A DNA stretch of 64,000 bases from an uncultured Acidobacteriota bacterium (GCA_963741955.1 CAVUKB010000009.1:1-64000); one strand, 5' to 3'. Positions 30,583 through 40,957 are shown, counted from the first letter of the stretch. The notes: generated by a model not told the origin, from the sequence alone. Numbers and translations are program-made.

Positions 30583-32262
30583 CTAATTCTTCTGCGCGGC
30601 GATGAGCTGCTGCACGAGAGTGCGAAGCTGATTTACCTCGTCACGAAGCTCGTTCTGATTCGTTTCCAGTTTCTCTTTCTCCTCGTACAGCTGAGCGATG
30701 TAGATGTGCGCCTTTTCGAGCTCCTGCAGCATTCCGGTCGTCTTTTGAAAGACGTTGAAATGGCCTTTGCCCTCGGGAGTCGGGCCCACGCCCGGGAGAT
30801 AGCTGTTCTTCCACATGAAGGAGGCGTGATCCGCGATCGATTCCAGCGGGAAGTTCGACTGGAACACTTTGTCGCAACCGGTGCAGACACCGTTCAGAAT
30901 CAGGTTTCCGTTGATGGTCACCGTTCCGTTCCCGGTCGTCGAATCGGAGATCACGAGCTCCGGCCCCGCGCTCGGGGTGTAGTCAATCTGGAAATTGCCT
31001 GCGTTGTCGGTCTCGAACCGCCAGTCACCACCGCCTGCCGACGCCGGGGATCTCAGGACCAGCCCGGGCTTGTCGTTCGCGTTGTCCACGGTGTCCTGGA
31101 TGAGCAGGCGGGGGCTATCGGTGCCGATGATGTTCACTTTCTCGGTGGGAGAGGCCGTGCCGATCCCGACATTCCCGCTCGCGGCGATGTCGATGCTGCT
31201 GGTAGGAGCACCCGGCCGGATGCGAAACGGCAGATGGCTACCGTTCGTCGCGTCACGGATGAAGAAGTTCGCTTCGTTGCCGGCGATGTCCCAGGTCTGT
31301 GCGGTGAACCCTCCGCCGGAATTCTGTTCGAGGCGGAGCGCGGGGGTGTCCGTGCGGTTTTCGTGAAGTTGAAGGACCGGCGTGGTCGTTCCGAAGCCGA
31401 TCCGGCCCGAGCTGTCGATGAACAGAGAGCCGGTCGGAGCTCCTGCAGTGGTGGTGAAGGGGGTTTTCCCGCCAGTGATGTCTTCGATCGTGAATTTGTT
31501 CGCGCCGCCGCTCGCGGAGTCGTTCGCGGACAGCTGCCAATCGTTGGAGGGAAACCCCGCGGAGGTGCTCGTGTCGCTGAATCCGATCCGGGTGTTGTTC
31601 TCTTTCAGCCGCAGTGTGTCGAAGCCGAAACTCTCATTGTTGACACAGTCGAATCCGACGCATTCGCTTCCCTGGACGATCAGATCATCGGCGATCACCT
31701 GATCGAGCGCGGTCAGCTCGCTCGCGCTCGTCCCCGCGCCTGCTCCGGCATTTCCGGCGCCCGGGCCGCGCAATCCAGACGAACTCTTGTTTCCCGATGC
31801 ACCCGGCTCCTGGACGTCGGGCGACAGGATCGTTCCGCCGAGAACGGAGAACGCCCCTGACTGCATTCGAGGCTCGGTGAGGCCATACAGAACTGCCAAA
31901 CGGTGTGCTTCCGCTTCATCTCCCTTGGCGTGGGCGTTGGCCAGGGCCTGCTTCACTCCGGGCGGAATCCGGGGGACAGCAGTCAGCTCATAGAAGTACG
32001 TGCCGTCTGCGTTTCCGTCCGGGAGCTGAAACACCGGATTCGAACCGGACGGGAAATCCTTCGAGAAAACTCCCTCGGGTCCGCTCACGGTCAGTACCAC
32101 TCCATCGTTGTTGCCGGTGGGTTGCCACTCGACCTGAGTGGGACTGACCCTCATGTGTGCGATCGACTCATTCTGGTTGTCTCCGGCGAACGCCGCGGCA
32201 ACCATCGTGGCCGAAACGAGAGAGAAGATCAGGAAAACGCGGGTGAAACGGTGCCTCTTCAT
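30583..32262 (-). CDS. Secreted fibre-like protein with C-terminal intramolecular-chaperone/coiled-coil region
   Basis: Sec signal MKRHRFTRVFLIFSLVSATMVAAAFA; G(R/N)(I/V)G(F/I)GT..P fibre motifs; C-terminal DKVF...YLPGV...LQELEKAHIYI + coiled coil. Confidence 0.7.
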   Translation of the reverse strand: MKRHRFTRVFLIFSLVSATMVAAAFAGDNQNESIAHMRVSPTQVEWQPTGNNDGVVLTVSGPEGVFSKDFPSGSNPVFQLPDGNADGTYFYELTAVPRIPPGVKQALANAHAKGDEAEAHRLAVLYGLTEPRMQSGAFSVLGGTILSPDVQEPGASGNKSSSGLRGPGAGNAGAGAGTSASELTALDQVIADDLIVQGSECVGFDCVNNESFGFDTLRLKENNTRIGFSDTSTSAGFPSNDWQLSANDSASGGANKFTIEDITGGKTPFTTTAGAPTGSLFIDSSGRIGFGTTTPVLQLHENRTDTPALRLEQNSGGGFTAQTWDIAGNEANFFIRDATNGSHLPFRIRPGAPTSSIDIAASGNVGIGTASPTEKVNIIGTDSPRLLIQDTVDNANDKPGLVLRSPASAGGGDWRFETDNAGNFQIDYTPSAGPELVISDSTTGNGTVTINGNLILNGVCTGCDKVFQSNFPLESIADHASFMWKNSYLPGVGPTPEGKGHFNVFQKTTGMLQELEKAHIYIAQLYEEKEKLETNQNELRDEVNQLRTLVQQLIAAQKN

Positions 32263-32423
32263 CGAACCTCCTCTGCGAGCAAGGTACTCCTCGAAACTAC
32301 TCAAGTGTCGCCTCTTCGCATTGTGACCGAAGGACATACTGTACCATGGCCCTCGGAGTGAGTCACTCAATTCGATTCTCGTGAGCTCGGTAGTGCAGAG
32401 GAGGGGGCAGCAACTCTTGCCGC

Positions 32424-32432
32424 TGTTACAAT
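32424..32432 (+). promoter_or_regulatory. Putative extended -10 promoter (TGtTACAAT) for cysCDN
   Basis: TGTTACAAT about 70 nt upstream of cysC start. Confidence 0.5.
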
Positions 32433-32502
32433 TCGGTCCGGAGAGGGCTCCGACTTCGGCGAATCTCGAGTCGAACGCCGGAGATCGAACGTTCCGCATT
32501 CC

Positions 32503-33135
32503 ATGATCAGCCATCGGAATATCACGCGGCATCCGGGCCGAGTGGAGCCGGAAGAGCGAGAGCAGCTCCTCCGCCAGAGCGGATCTGTCGTCTGGTTGAC
32601 CGGTCTATCCGGCTCCGGGAAATCGACGATCGCGCGGGTGGTGGAGGAGCGGCTCGTCGCGGAAGGCCATCTCACCTACGTCCTCGACGGCGACAACATC
32701 CGGCATGGCCTGAACGCCGACCTCGGCTTCTCGGATGCGGACCGGCAGGAGAACATCCGCCGGATCGGCGAAGTGGCGGCGCTCTTCGCGGATGCGGGCG
32801 TGATCACGCTGACTGCATTCATCTCGCCGTTTCGGGCGGATCGCGACCGCGTCCGCGCGATCCTCCCATCCGGCCGCTTCCTCGAGGTCTTCGTCGACTC
32901 ACCACTCGCGACGTGTGAGACTCGCGATCCGAAGGGACTCTACCGTCGCGCGCGCGCCGGTGACATCGAAGAGTTCACCGGGATCTCCAGCCCCTACGAG
33001 CCGCCCCTCAATCCGGAGGTCACTCTGCCGACTGGAACCGCGACGATCGACGAATGCGTCGAGATCCTGATGAAAGCGCTGCTCGATCGCGGTATCCTCT
33101 CCCCTCCGTCCGCCGAAGGATCCGAACCACGATGA
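32503..33135 (+). CDS. cysC: Adenylyl-sulfate (APS) kinase
   Basis: [12 protein letters not shown]; [10 protein letters not shown]; RDPKGLY; [11 protein letters not shown]. Confidence 0.96.
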   Translation: MISHRNITRHPGRVEPEEREQLLRQSGSVVWLTGLSGSGKSTIARVVEERLVAEGHLTYVLDGDNIRHGLNADLGFSDADRQENIRRIGEVAALFADAGVITLTAFISPFRADRDRVRAILPSGRFLEVFVDSPLATCETRDPKGLYRRARAGDIEEFTGISSPYEPPLNPEVTLPTGTATIDECVEILMKALLDRGILSPPSAEGSEPR

Positions 33136-34040
33136 ACCATTACCTCCTCTCCCATCTCCGCCAGCTCGAGGCCGAGAGCGTCTTCATCATGCGCGAGGTC
33201 GTTGCCGAGTTCTCGAAACCGGTCATGCTCTACTCGATCGGGAAGGACTCTTCGGTGATGCTGCAGCTCGCGCGGAAGGCGTTCGCTCCGGCGCGGCTCC
33301 CGTTTCCCGTCCTTCACATCGATACCACCTGGAAATTCCGCGAGATGATCGCGTTCCGCGAACGGGTCGCGCGCGAGCTCGAGCTCGATCTCCTGGTCTG
33401 GACGAACCCCGAGGGAGTGAAGCAGAACGTCAATCCGTTCGACTTCGGGACTCAGCGGTACACGCACATCATGAAGACGGAGGCGCTCAAACAGGCGCTC
33501 GATCACTACGGCTTCGATGCGGCATTCGGTGGGGCGCGGCGGGACGAAGAGCGGAGCCGGGCGAAGGAGCGGGTCTTCTCGTTCCGTGATCGTTTCCACC
33601 AATGGGACCCGAAGAACCAGCGCCCGGAGATCTGGAATCTCTACAACAGCCGGGTGAGCAAGGGAGAGTCGATCCGCGTCTTTCCTCTCTCGAACTGGAC
33701 GGAGCTCGACATCTGGCTCTACATCCACGTCGAGAAGATCCCGATCGTTCCGCTCTATCTCGCCGCGGAGCGTCCGGTCGTCGAGCGCGATGGAGCACTG
33801 ATCATGGTCGACGATGACCGGATGCGCCTCGAACCGGGCGAAGTCCCACAGCAGCGGCTGGTGCGATTCCGCACTCTCGGATGTTACCCGCTCACCGGCG
33901 CGATCGAGTCGGATGCCGATTCCGTCCCGATGATCGTCGACGAGATGCTGCGCGCCCGGACTTCCGAGCGGGAGGGGCGGGTGATCGACTACGACGAATC
34001 GGGATCGATGGAAGAGAAGAAACGGGAGGGATACTTCTAG
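33132..34040 (+). CDS. cysD: Sulfate adenylyltransferase subunit 2
   Basis: LYSIGKDS; FGGARRDEE; WDPKNQRPE; RFRTLGCYP; KKREGYF. Confidence 0.96.
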   Translation: MNHYLLSHLRQLEAESVFIMREVVAEFSKPVMLYSIGKDSSVMLQLARKAFAPARLPFPVLHIDTTWKFREMIAFRERVARELELDLLVWTNPEGVKQNVNPFDFGTQRYTHIMKTEALKQALDHYGFDAAFGGARRDEERSRAKERVFSFRDRFHQWDPKNQRPEIWNLYNSRVSKGESIRVFPLSNWTELDIWLYIHVEKIPIVPLYLAAERPVVERDGALIMVDDDRMRLEPGEVPQQRLVRFRTLGCYPLTGAIESDADSVPMIVDEMLRARTSEREGRVIDYDESGSMEEKKREGYF

Positions 34041-35692
34041 TGTCGTCGGTACCCGCCTCGCGCGAGCGCGCGGTCGAAGAATTCCTCCAGCAGTACGGAA
34101 AGCGGGATCTCCTCCGGTTCCTCACCTGCGGAAGCGTGGACGACGGGAAGTCGACTCTGATCGGCCGCCTGTTGCACGACTCGCAGATGATCTACGACGA
34201 TCAGCTGGCAGCCGTGAAACGGGCGAGCGTGAAGCACGGGACGACCGGAGGCGAGATCGATCTCGCGCTCCTCGTCGACGGACTTCAGGCGGAACGTGAG
34301 CAGGGGATCACGATCGACGTCGCCTACCGCTATTTCTCGACCAGTCGCCGCAAGTTCATCATCGCCGATACGCCGGGACACGAGCAGTACACCAGGAACA
34401 TGGCGACCGGCGCATCGACGTGCAATCTTGCAGTCATTCTCGTCGACGCGGAGAAGGGAATCCTTCCCCAGACGCGGCGGCATTCGTTCATTTCCTCCCT
34501 TCTCGGCATCCGGCATCTGGTCGTCGCGGTCAACAAGATGGATCTGGTGGAGTACTCCGAATCACGGTTCGAAGAGATCCGCGACGCGTTCACGGAATTC
34601 GCGGCGAAGCTGCAGGTGAGCGACGTCTACTTCATTCCGATGTCGGCACTGAACGGAGAGAATGTCGTTCATCGCGGAGAGCGGATGCCGTGGTACGAGG
34701 GAAGTCCGCTCCTCGATTATCTCGAGACGGTGCACATCGCGAGCGACCGCAACCTGATCGACTTCCGGCTGCCGGTGCAGCTCGTGACGCGTCCCGACTC
34801 GAGCTTCCGTGGGTACGCGGGAACAGTGGCATCCGGCATCGTTCGAAAAGGCGACGATGTGGTCATCCTTCCGTCGAAGCGCCGGACGAAGGTCGCGTCG
34901 ATCCACGGCGTCGATGGGGAAGTCGAGGAGGCGTTCGCGTCGCTTCCGGTGACGGTGACTCTCGTGGACGAGGTGGACGTGAGCCGGGGTGACACGCTGG
35001 TGCATCCGAACAACGTCCCCAAAGTGGATCGTGAGCTCGAGGCGATGGTGGTCTGGATGCATGAGGCTCCGCTGGCGCCTGGACGGGAGTACCTGCTGAA
35101 GCAGACGACCGTACTGACGTCTGCCAGGATCACGGCGCTCCGTTACCGGATGAATGTGAACTCGCTTCATCGAGAGGCGGCCCGGGAGCTGTCACTGAAC
35201 GAGATCGGAAGGGTCCGGCTGGAGACGCCGCGGCTGCTGGCTTTCGACCCCTACTCGAAGAATCGATCCACGGGGGCATTCATCCTGATCGACCGGATCA
35301 CGAACGCCACGGTGGCCGCGGGTATGATCCTCGACCTCGATGCGACGGAGACGAGCCGGGGAATGGAAGCGCCGTCCCGCGCGGCCGGGGCAGTAACGCC
35401 GGAGGATCGGGCGGCGCGTCTCCGGCAGCGGGGAGTCACGATCCGGACGGTGGGGTCGCGAGAGTTTGCAGTGGATCTCGAGCGGGCGTTGTTCGATCTC
35501 GGATACGTGGCGATGCTGGTCGAGAAGGCGACGGAGGCGCGGCTCCTGAATCGGGCGGGGGTGATCGCGATCGTCGAGGAGGAGATGCCGGACGCAATCG
35601 TGGCGCGCGAGACGGGAGACGCGAAGCGTGGATCGGACGGAAAGGCGCGGCGGATCGCAGAGGAGCTGGAGAGGGAAGGGAAGTTGCGGTAA
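34040..35692 (+). CDS. cysN: Sulfate adenylyltransferase GTPase subunit with vestigial C-terminal APS-kinase segment
   Basis: [17 protein letters not shown]; [15 protein letters not shown]; DTPGH; NKMD. Confidence 0.95.
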   Translation: MSSVPASRERAVEEFLQQYGKRDLLRFLTCGSVDDGKSTLIGRLLHDSQMIYDDQLAAVKRASVKHGTTGGEIDLALLVDGLQAEREQGITIDVAYRYFSTSRRKFIIADTPGHEQYTRNMATGASTCNLAVILVDAEKGILPQTRRHSFISSLLGIRHLVVAVNKMDLVEYSESRFEEIRDAFTEFAAKLQVSDVYFIPMSALNGENVVHRGERMPWYEGSPLLDYLETVHIASDRNLIDFRLPVQLVTRPDSSFRGYAGTVASGIVRKGDDVVILPSKRRTKVASIHGVDGEVEEAFASLPVTVTLVDEVDVSRGDTLVHPNNVPKVDRELEAMVVWMHEAPLAPGREYLLKQTTVLTSARITALRYRMNVNSLHREAARELSLNEIGRVRLETPRLLAFDPYSKNRSTGAFILIDRITNATVAAGMILDLDATETSRGMEAPSRAAGAVTPEDRAARLRQRGVTIRTVGSREFAVDLERALFDLGYVAMLVEKATEARLLNRAGVIAIVEEEMPDAIVARETGDAKRGSDGKARRIAEELEREGKLR

Positions 35693-35771
35693 GTCAGGCG
35701 GGCCCGGTGGTCCTGCGATGTGTTGAGTCTGATCGAGCCCGAGGAAATCTTCGGGCTCGAAGTGTTTCCGG

Positions 35772-36617
35772 GTGGTGCGACCGTCCCGGTCGCACGCTAG
35801 CACGTTTAGCACTACCCCAAGTGGTGCGACCGTCCCGGTCGCATCGCGCCATCTGGGACCGGGACGATTGCGGCAGTTGCGACCGAGACGGTCGCACCAC
35901 CTGGGACCGGGACGATTGCGGCAGTTGCGACCGAGACGGTCGCGCCATCTGGGACCGGGACGATTGCGGCAGTTGCGACCGAGACGGTCGCACCACCTGG
36001 GACCGGGACGATTGCGGCAGTTGCGACCGAGACGGTCGCGCCATCTGGGACCGGGACGATTGCGGCAGTTGCGACCGAGACGGTCGCACCACCTGGGACC
36101 GGGACGATTGCGGCAGTTGCGAGCGAGACGGTCGCACCACCTGGGACCGGGACGATTGCGGCAGTTGCGACCGAGACGGTCGCACCACCTGGGACCGGGA
36201 CGATTGCGGCAGTTGCGACCGAGACGGTCGCGCCATCTGGGACCGGGACGATTGCGGCAGTTGCGACCGAGACGGTCGAACCACCTGGGACCGGGACGAT
36301 TGCGGCAGTTGCGACCGAGACGGTCGCACCACCTGGGACCGGGACGATTGCGGCAGTTGCGACCGAGACGGTCGCGCCATCTGGGACCGGGACGATCCAC
36401 GGCAGTTGCGACCGAGACGGTCGCACCACCTGGGACCGGGACGATTGCGGCAGTTGCGACCGAGACGGTCGCGCCATCTGGGACCGGGACGATTGCGGCA
36501 GTTGCGACCGAGACGGTCGCACCACCTGGGACCGGGACGATTGCGGCAGTTGCGACCGAGACGGTCGCACCACCTGGGACCGGGACGATTGCGGCAGCTG
36601 GGACCGGGCGCACCACC
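35772..36617. repeat. REP array: two forward REPs followed by 15 full + 1 partial tandem 48-bp units
   Basis: Unit CTGGGACCGGGACGATTGCGGCAGTTGCGACCGAGACGGTCGC(ACCAC/GCCAT) from 35853, period 48; contains hairpin TGCGACCG-AGA-CGGTCGCA. Confidence 0.95.
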
Positions 36618-36638
36618 CGGCGGCGATAGTCGTGGCGG

Positions 36639-38423
36639 TCACATCCAGAGCGCGGCGATGAGCGGGATCGCGATGGCGGCAGCGATGAAGTCGAGCGGCA
36701 GACCGACTTTCAGGAAATCGCGAAACCGGTAGCCTCCCGGCCCGAGGACCATCATGTAGGTCTGGTAACCGATCGGAAGAGCGAAACCGGCAGAGGCGGC
36801 GATCGCGACGGCGAGCGCGAAGGGTCGCGCATCTGCCCCCACTGCCGCGGCTGCGGAGACGGCGATCGGAAAGACGAGCACCGCCGCCGCGTTGTTCGTC
36901 AGAATCTCCGTCAGGATGACGGTCGCGACATAGACGGCGGCGAGGACGGCGATCGGTCCCCACGCGCTGACGCCGTGGACCAGGAGCTTCGCGATGGCGT
37001 CCGCGAGACCACTCGTTTCCAGGGCCCTCGCCACACCGAAGCCGGCAGCAATGGTGATCAGGACGGAGAGATCGAGGCTCCGGCGTGCGTCCGTTCCGGA
37101 GATCCCGCGGATTGCGATCATGATCAGCGCTCCCGCGAATACGGCGATAGTGAGCGGAACGACGCCGGTGGCGATCGCTGCGACCATTGCCAGGAGCGTG
37201 ATCAGAACGGCCGGAGCGCGCCGCGTCGCGCGCAGCCCGTTTCGCTCCAGTGGTGCGACGAGATAGAAATCTCCGCTCGACATCGCGCGCTGCTCGAAGG
37301 AAGGACGCGCTTCGACCAGGAGGAGGTCGCCTGCCTGCAGATCGGCCCGGCCGAGAAGACCCTCCAGCGCCCTTCCTTCACGCTGAATCCCGAGGACCAC
37401 ACCCTGGTAGCGCTCGCGAAATTCGATCTCCTTGAGGCTGTGGCCGACGAGCGGCGAGTGGGCCGCCACGACCGCTTCGAAGAGGGGAAGCGATTCGTCC
37501 GGTTCGTCGGAAGGGGGAGTCACGACGCGTGTCAGCGCACCGCTCTGGAGCAGCTCGTCGACGTGCTGGGGATTCCCGACGAACCCGAGCACGTCTTCGC
37601 CATGCAGTTGCTGCTGCGGTCCGACGATGTTGATGCGCTCTCCGCCGCGATGGATGTGCGCGAGAAAGGCTCCGCGGAGAGAGCGAAGCCCCGCCTCTTC
37701 AATGGTGAGTCCCGAAATTGGCGAGATCGCGGGTACCTTCAGCTCGAAGTGGTACGCGCGCCATTCGGCGCGTGTGGACCTGCGCTGGTCGACGCGGTCC
37801 GGGAGGAGCCTGTGCCCGATCAGGAGGAAGTAGAGAATGCCACCGACCGCGATTGCGACTCCGACCGGGGTCAGGGAGAAGAGCGACAGCGGAGCCATCC
37901 CGTTGGCGACCAGCAGCCCCGATACCACGAGATTGGTCGATGTTCCGATGAGGGTGATCATGCCACCCATCGTCGTCGCGTAGGCGAGGGGAATCAGAAG
38001 CTTCGATGGCGCGATGCCGGCGCGGCTCGCACGGTCCTGGACCGTCGGCGCGAGGATCGCCACGATGGGAGTGTTGTTCATGACACTCGAGAGGATCGCC
38101 GACGATGCCATGACCCGAAAAATCGCCGCGCGCAGACCTCCGGATGTCGGTGTCAGCAGGCGGTCGACGTATGCAAGCGTGCCGCTGTTCCGCACCGCCC
38201 CTGCCACGATGAAGAGGCCGGCCACCGCGAGGAGAGCCTGGTTGGAGAAGCCTGCAAGGGCATCCCGCGGAGTGACGACGCCAGTGAGGGCAAGGATTAC
38301 CAGGCCGGCGAGCATCACCAAATCGGGAGGGGCGATCTCGAGGACGAGCACGACGAGAATCGCGACGACCACCGCAAGCGTCAGCCACGCCTGCCAGCCG
38401 AGAAGGAGGAGCGTCTCAACCAT
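36639..38423 (-). CDS. SLC13 family permease with two TrkA-C domains (probable sulfate uptake)
   Basis: MNNTPIV; GGMITLIGTSTNL; TEILTNNAAA; PIGYQTYMMVLGPGGYRFRDF. Confidence 0.88.
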   Translation of the reverse strand: MVETLLLLGWQAWLTLAVVVAILVVLVLEIAPPDLVMLAGLVILALTGVVTPRDALAGFSNQALLAVAGLFIVAGAVRNSGTLAYVDRLLTPTSGGLRAAIFRVMASSAILSSVMNNTPIVAILAPTVQDRASRAGIAPSKLLIPLAYATTMGGMITLIGTSTNLVVSGLLVANGMAPLSLFSLTPVGVAIAVGGILYFLLIGHRLLPDRVDQRRSTRAEWRAYHFELKVPAISPISGLTIEEAGLRSLRGAFLAHIHRGGERINIVGPQQQLHGEDVLGFVGNPQHVDELLQSGALTRVVTPPSDEPDESLPLFEAVVAAHSPLVGHSLKEIEFRERYQGVVLGIQREGRALEGLLGRADLQAGDLLLVEARPSFEQRAMSSGDFYLVAPLERNGLRATRRAPAVLITLLAMVAAIATGVVPLTIAVFAGALIMIAIRGISGTDARRSLDLSVLITIAAGFGVARALETSGLADAIAKLLVHGVSAWGPIAVLAAVYVATVILTEILTNNAAAVLVFPIAVSAAAAVGADARPFALAVAIAASAGFALPIGYQTYMMVLGPGGYRFRDFLKVGLPLDFIAAAIAIPLIAALWM

Positions 38424-39213
38424 GGCTCTGCAGGTGATCGAGGATCTGCCGTGCGACTGAAGGATCTCGAACCACGAGGAACGACGGATTGCGGAGGTTC
38501 TCCTTCGCATACCGCAGGGGCTGACCCCCGAGGTCGGTGACCCGGCAGCCGGCGCGCTCAGCGACGCACTGGGCGGCGGCGGTGTCCCACTCCATCGTCG
38601 TCCCGACGCGGAGGTAGGCGTCGGCAACATCCTCCGCGACCATGCAGAATTTGAGAGAGCTGCCGCGCGGGACGGGCTGGATGTTCTCGAGGGTCTCGAT
38701 CAGTTGCGATTCCTCTGTAGTGAGATGATCGCGGCTGACGGCGAGGCGGAGAGGGCGATCCATTATACGTATTGCTGGAGGTTCGAGGAGCGCGGCCCGT
38801 CCGGATTCGTCGATTGCAACGGTGCCCGTCTTCGAGCTCGCGCACCAGCTCCGGTTCAGCGCGGGCGCGTGGACGACGCCGAGGACGGCTGCACCGTTCT
38901 CGATCAACGCGATGTTCACGGTGAATTCTCCGCTCGCTTTCAGGAGCTCTTTCGTTCCGTCGAGGGGATCGACGAGCCAGAAGACGCCCGCGTGCCGGCG
39001 GTGGCTCTCTGCGTCTTCCTCCGAGACGATCGGATGCTCCGAGATGCGTTGCAGGGATTCGCGGATCAGTGTATCCGCGGCGGCGTCGGCAGCGGTAACC
39101 GGTGAGCCATCCGCTTTGGTCGACGTCCACGTGTCGCGGATCTCGAGGATCGCGCGGCCGGCGTCCTCGGCGATGCGGCGGATCGGGTCGATCAATTCGT
39201 GGAGTCGGTCCAT
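38416..39213 (-). CDS. cysQ: 3'(2'),5'-bisphosphate nucleotidase
   Basis: KADGSPVTAAD; WLVDPLDGTKE; GSSLKFC; TMEWDTAA. Confidence 0.92.
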   Translation of the reverse strand: MDRLHELIDPIRRIAEDAGRAILEIRDTWTSTKADGSPVTAADAAADTLIRESLQRISEHPIVSEEDAESHRRHAGVFWLVDPLDGTKELLKASGEFTVNIALIENGAAVLGVVHAPALNRSWCASSKTGTVAIDESGRAALLEPPAIRIMDRPLRLAVSRDHLTTEESQLIETLENIQPVPRGSSLKFCMVAEDVADAYLRVGTTMEWDTAAAQCVAERAGCRVTDLGGQPLRYAKENLRNPSFLVVRDPSVARQILDHLQSHG

Positions 39214-39268
39214 GCGGGGTTTATGAATCTCAGCCGAACGATACCGTAAAGGGGCGGAGTGAGAAAGA

Positions 39269-39644
39269 GTGGCGCGACCTCCGGGGTGGAGTGGCGCGAC
39301 CTCCGGGGTGGAGTGGCGCGACCGTCTCGGTCGCTGGGGGGGCGGGGGTATGGTGAGTTCTGCATTGACGTGAGGGAGGGGAAGGGGCCGCTCGCTGCGC
39401 TCGCGGTTGCGACCGGGACGGTCGCACCACGCGGCGGGGGAGAGGTGGTGAGTTCTGTATCGATGTGAAGGAGAGGAGAGAGGGGCCGCTCGCTGCGCTC
39501 GCGGTTGCGACCGAGAAACATTGCGACCGAGACGGTCGCACCACCCGCAGGAGGGGATGGTTGCACCACGCGGCGACCGAGACGGTCGCACCACCCGCAG
39601 GAGGGGATGGTTGCACCACGCGGCGACCGAGACGGTCGCACCAC
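39269..39644. repeat. Left REP cluster flanking RAYT (forward then reverse GTGG-hairpin copies)
   Basis: GTGGCGCGACC.. at 39269, 39291, 39313; reverse GCGACCG(A/G)GACGGTCGCACCAC copies to 39644; includes a 50-bp direct duplication. Confidence 0.9.
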
Positions 39645-39721
39645 ACGGGGGGGACGGTCGGGGATTCTACGAGGAGTAGAGACTCTTGTGTGACGCCGGA
39701 AGGCCGAGGTAGCCTCGAGTC

Positions 39722-40389
39722 ATGCTGGTGCGCTATGTGTACGACGATCTTCGCGTCACGTGTCACGGGAGGCTGCCTCGCTACGACGCGCGTCTCGGTC
39801 TCTATTTCATCACCGCGCGGCTCGCGGATTCCCTCCCGCGTCACGTCGAAGAACGTCTGAACGCGAAGCGAACGGAGATGTTGCGCAGCGCGGACAGAAC
39901 CGATCCCGACGCAAACATTGCGATCAATCGCCGGATTCGATTTCTGGCGGAGAAGGAGCTCGACCGCGGTGCCGGATCCTGTTATCTCCGGCGGGACGAC
40001 GTCGCTGCCCTCGTTCTGAGCGCCCTCCGCTTTTTCGATGAGATCCGGTACCGGCTTCTCGTCTGGTCGATCATGCCCAGCCATTTCCACGTGATCCTCA
40101 GGCTCCTCGGCGATTCACGACTCGCCGCCGTTCTTCAGTCGCTGCAATCGTATTCATCACACGAGATCGGTCGACTCCCCGGTTGCTCCGAGTTTCGATG
40201 GCAAAAGGGGTGCTACGACAGCGTGATGCGGGACTCGCGGCAGCTCGAGCGCGCAGCGCGCTACGTCCTCGACAATCCGGCGAAAGCCGCATCGCCAGTT
40301 CGCGCTGGACCGGCTGCAACGAATCCGCTCTCGCGGCCGAGCTTTCCGGTTGGGCCTCTCCAGTCCCGGCGCGGCTGGCGTCGAAGTGA
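39722..40389 (+). mobile_element. rayT: REP-associated tyrosine transposase (RAYT, HUH/Y1 family), probable 1-nt frameshift near 3' end
   Basis: YFITARLADSLP; HUH motif IMPSHFH; WQ...YD..MRD; catalytic-Tyr region RYVLDNPAKA; REPs on both sides. Confidence 0.85.
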
Positions 40390-40423
40390 ACGCGCGCAGA
40401 CTCGGGACGTTGCCGGAGCACGG

Positions 40424-40864
40424 GTGGCGCGACCGTCTCGGTGGAGTGGTGCGACCGTCTCGGTCGCAGGCGGGAGGTACGGTGAGTCGTGTGGTGCGAC
40501 CGTCTCGGTCGCGGAAGGGCGGCGGTGTGGTGAGTTCTGCCGTGATGTTGAGGGAGAGGGGAAGGAGGCGCTCGCTGCGCTCGCGGTTGCGACCGAGAAG
40601 CCTTGCGACCGGGACGGTCGCACCACGCGTGCGAGGGGACGGCTGCACCGCGCGGCGACCGGGACGGTCGCACCACGCGTGGGAGGTATGGTGAGTTTTG
40701 TATCGACGTGGGGGAGAGGGGAAGGGGCCGCTCGCTGCGCTCGCGGTTGCGACCGGGACGGTCGCACCACACGGCCGGGGTATGGTGAGTTCTGTATCGA
40801 CGTGAGGGAGAGGGGAAGGAGGCGCTCGCTGCGCTCGCGGTTGCGACCGAGACGGTCGCATCAC
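40424..40864. repeat. Right REP cluster flanking RAYT
   Basis: Forward GTGG(T/C)GCGACCGTCTCGGT.. at 40424, 40446, 40492; reverse copies to 40864; shared CGCTCGCTGCGCTCGCGG linker module. Confidence 0.9.
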
Positions 40865-40957
40865 ACGTGGGAGGGACGGTCCCTCCACACGGAGACCGTT
40901 GAACGGAGGGCGCAATCGGTGGAGCGATTGTGCTGTTCAGGTGGGGGGAGTGCTGCG

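Noticed and set aside
30583-32262. Prophage remnant
   Set aside because: The protein has a Sec signal peptide and there are no neighbouring phage genes.
35853-36617. CRISPR array
   Set aside because: Sequence between palindromes is essentially identical in every unit (no unique spacers) and no cas genes are in the window.
35192-36963. Repetitive ORFs in several frames (e.g. WDRDDCGSCDRDGR repeats)
   Set aside because: Artefacts of a stop-free 48-bp repeat; a 1-nt insertion in unit 12 shifts all frames.
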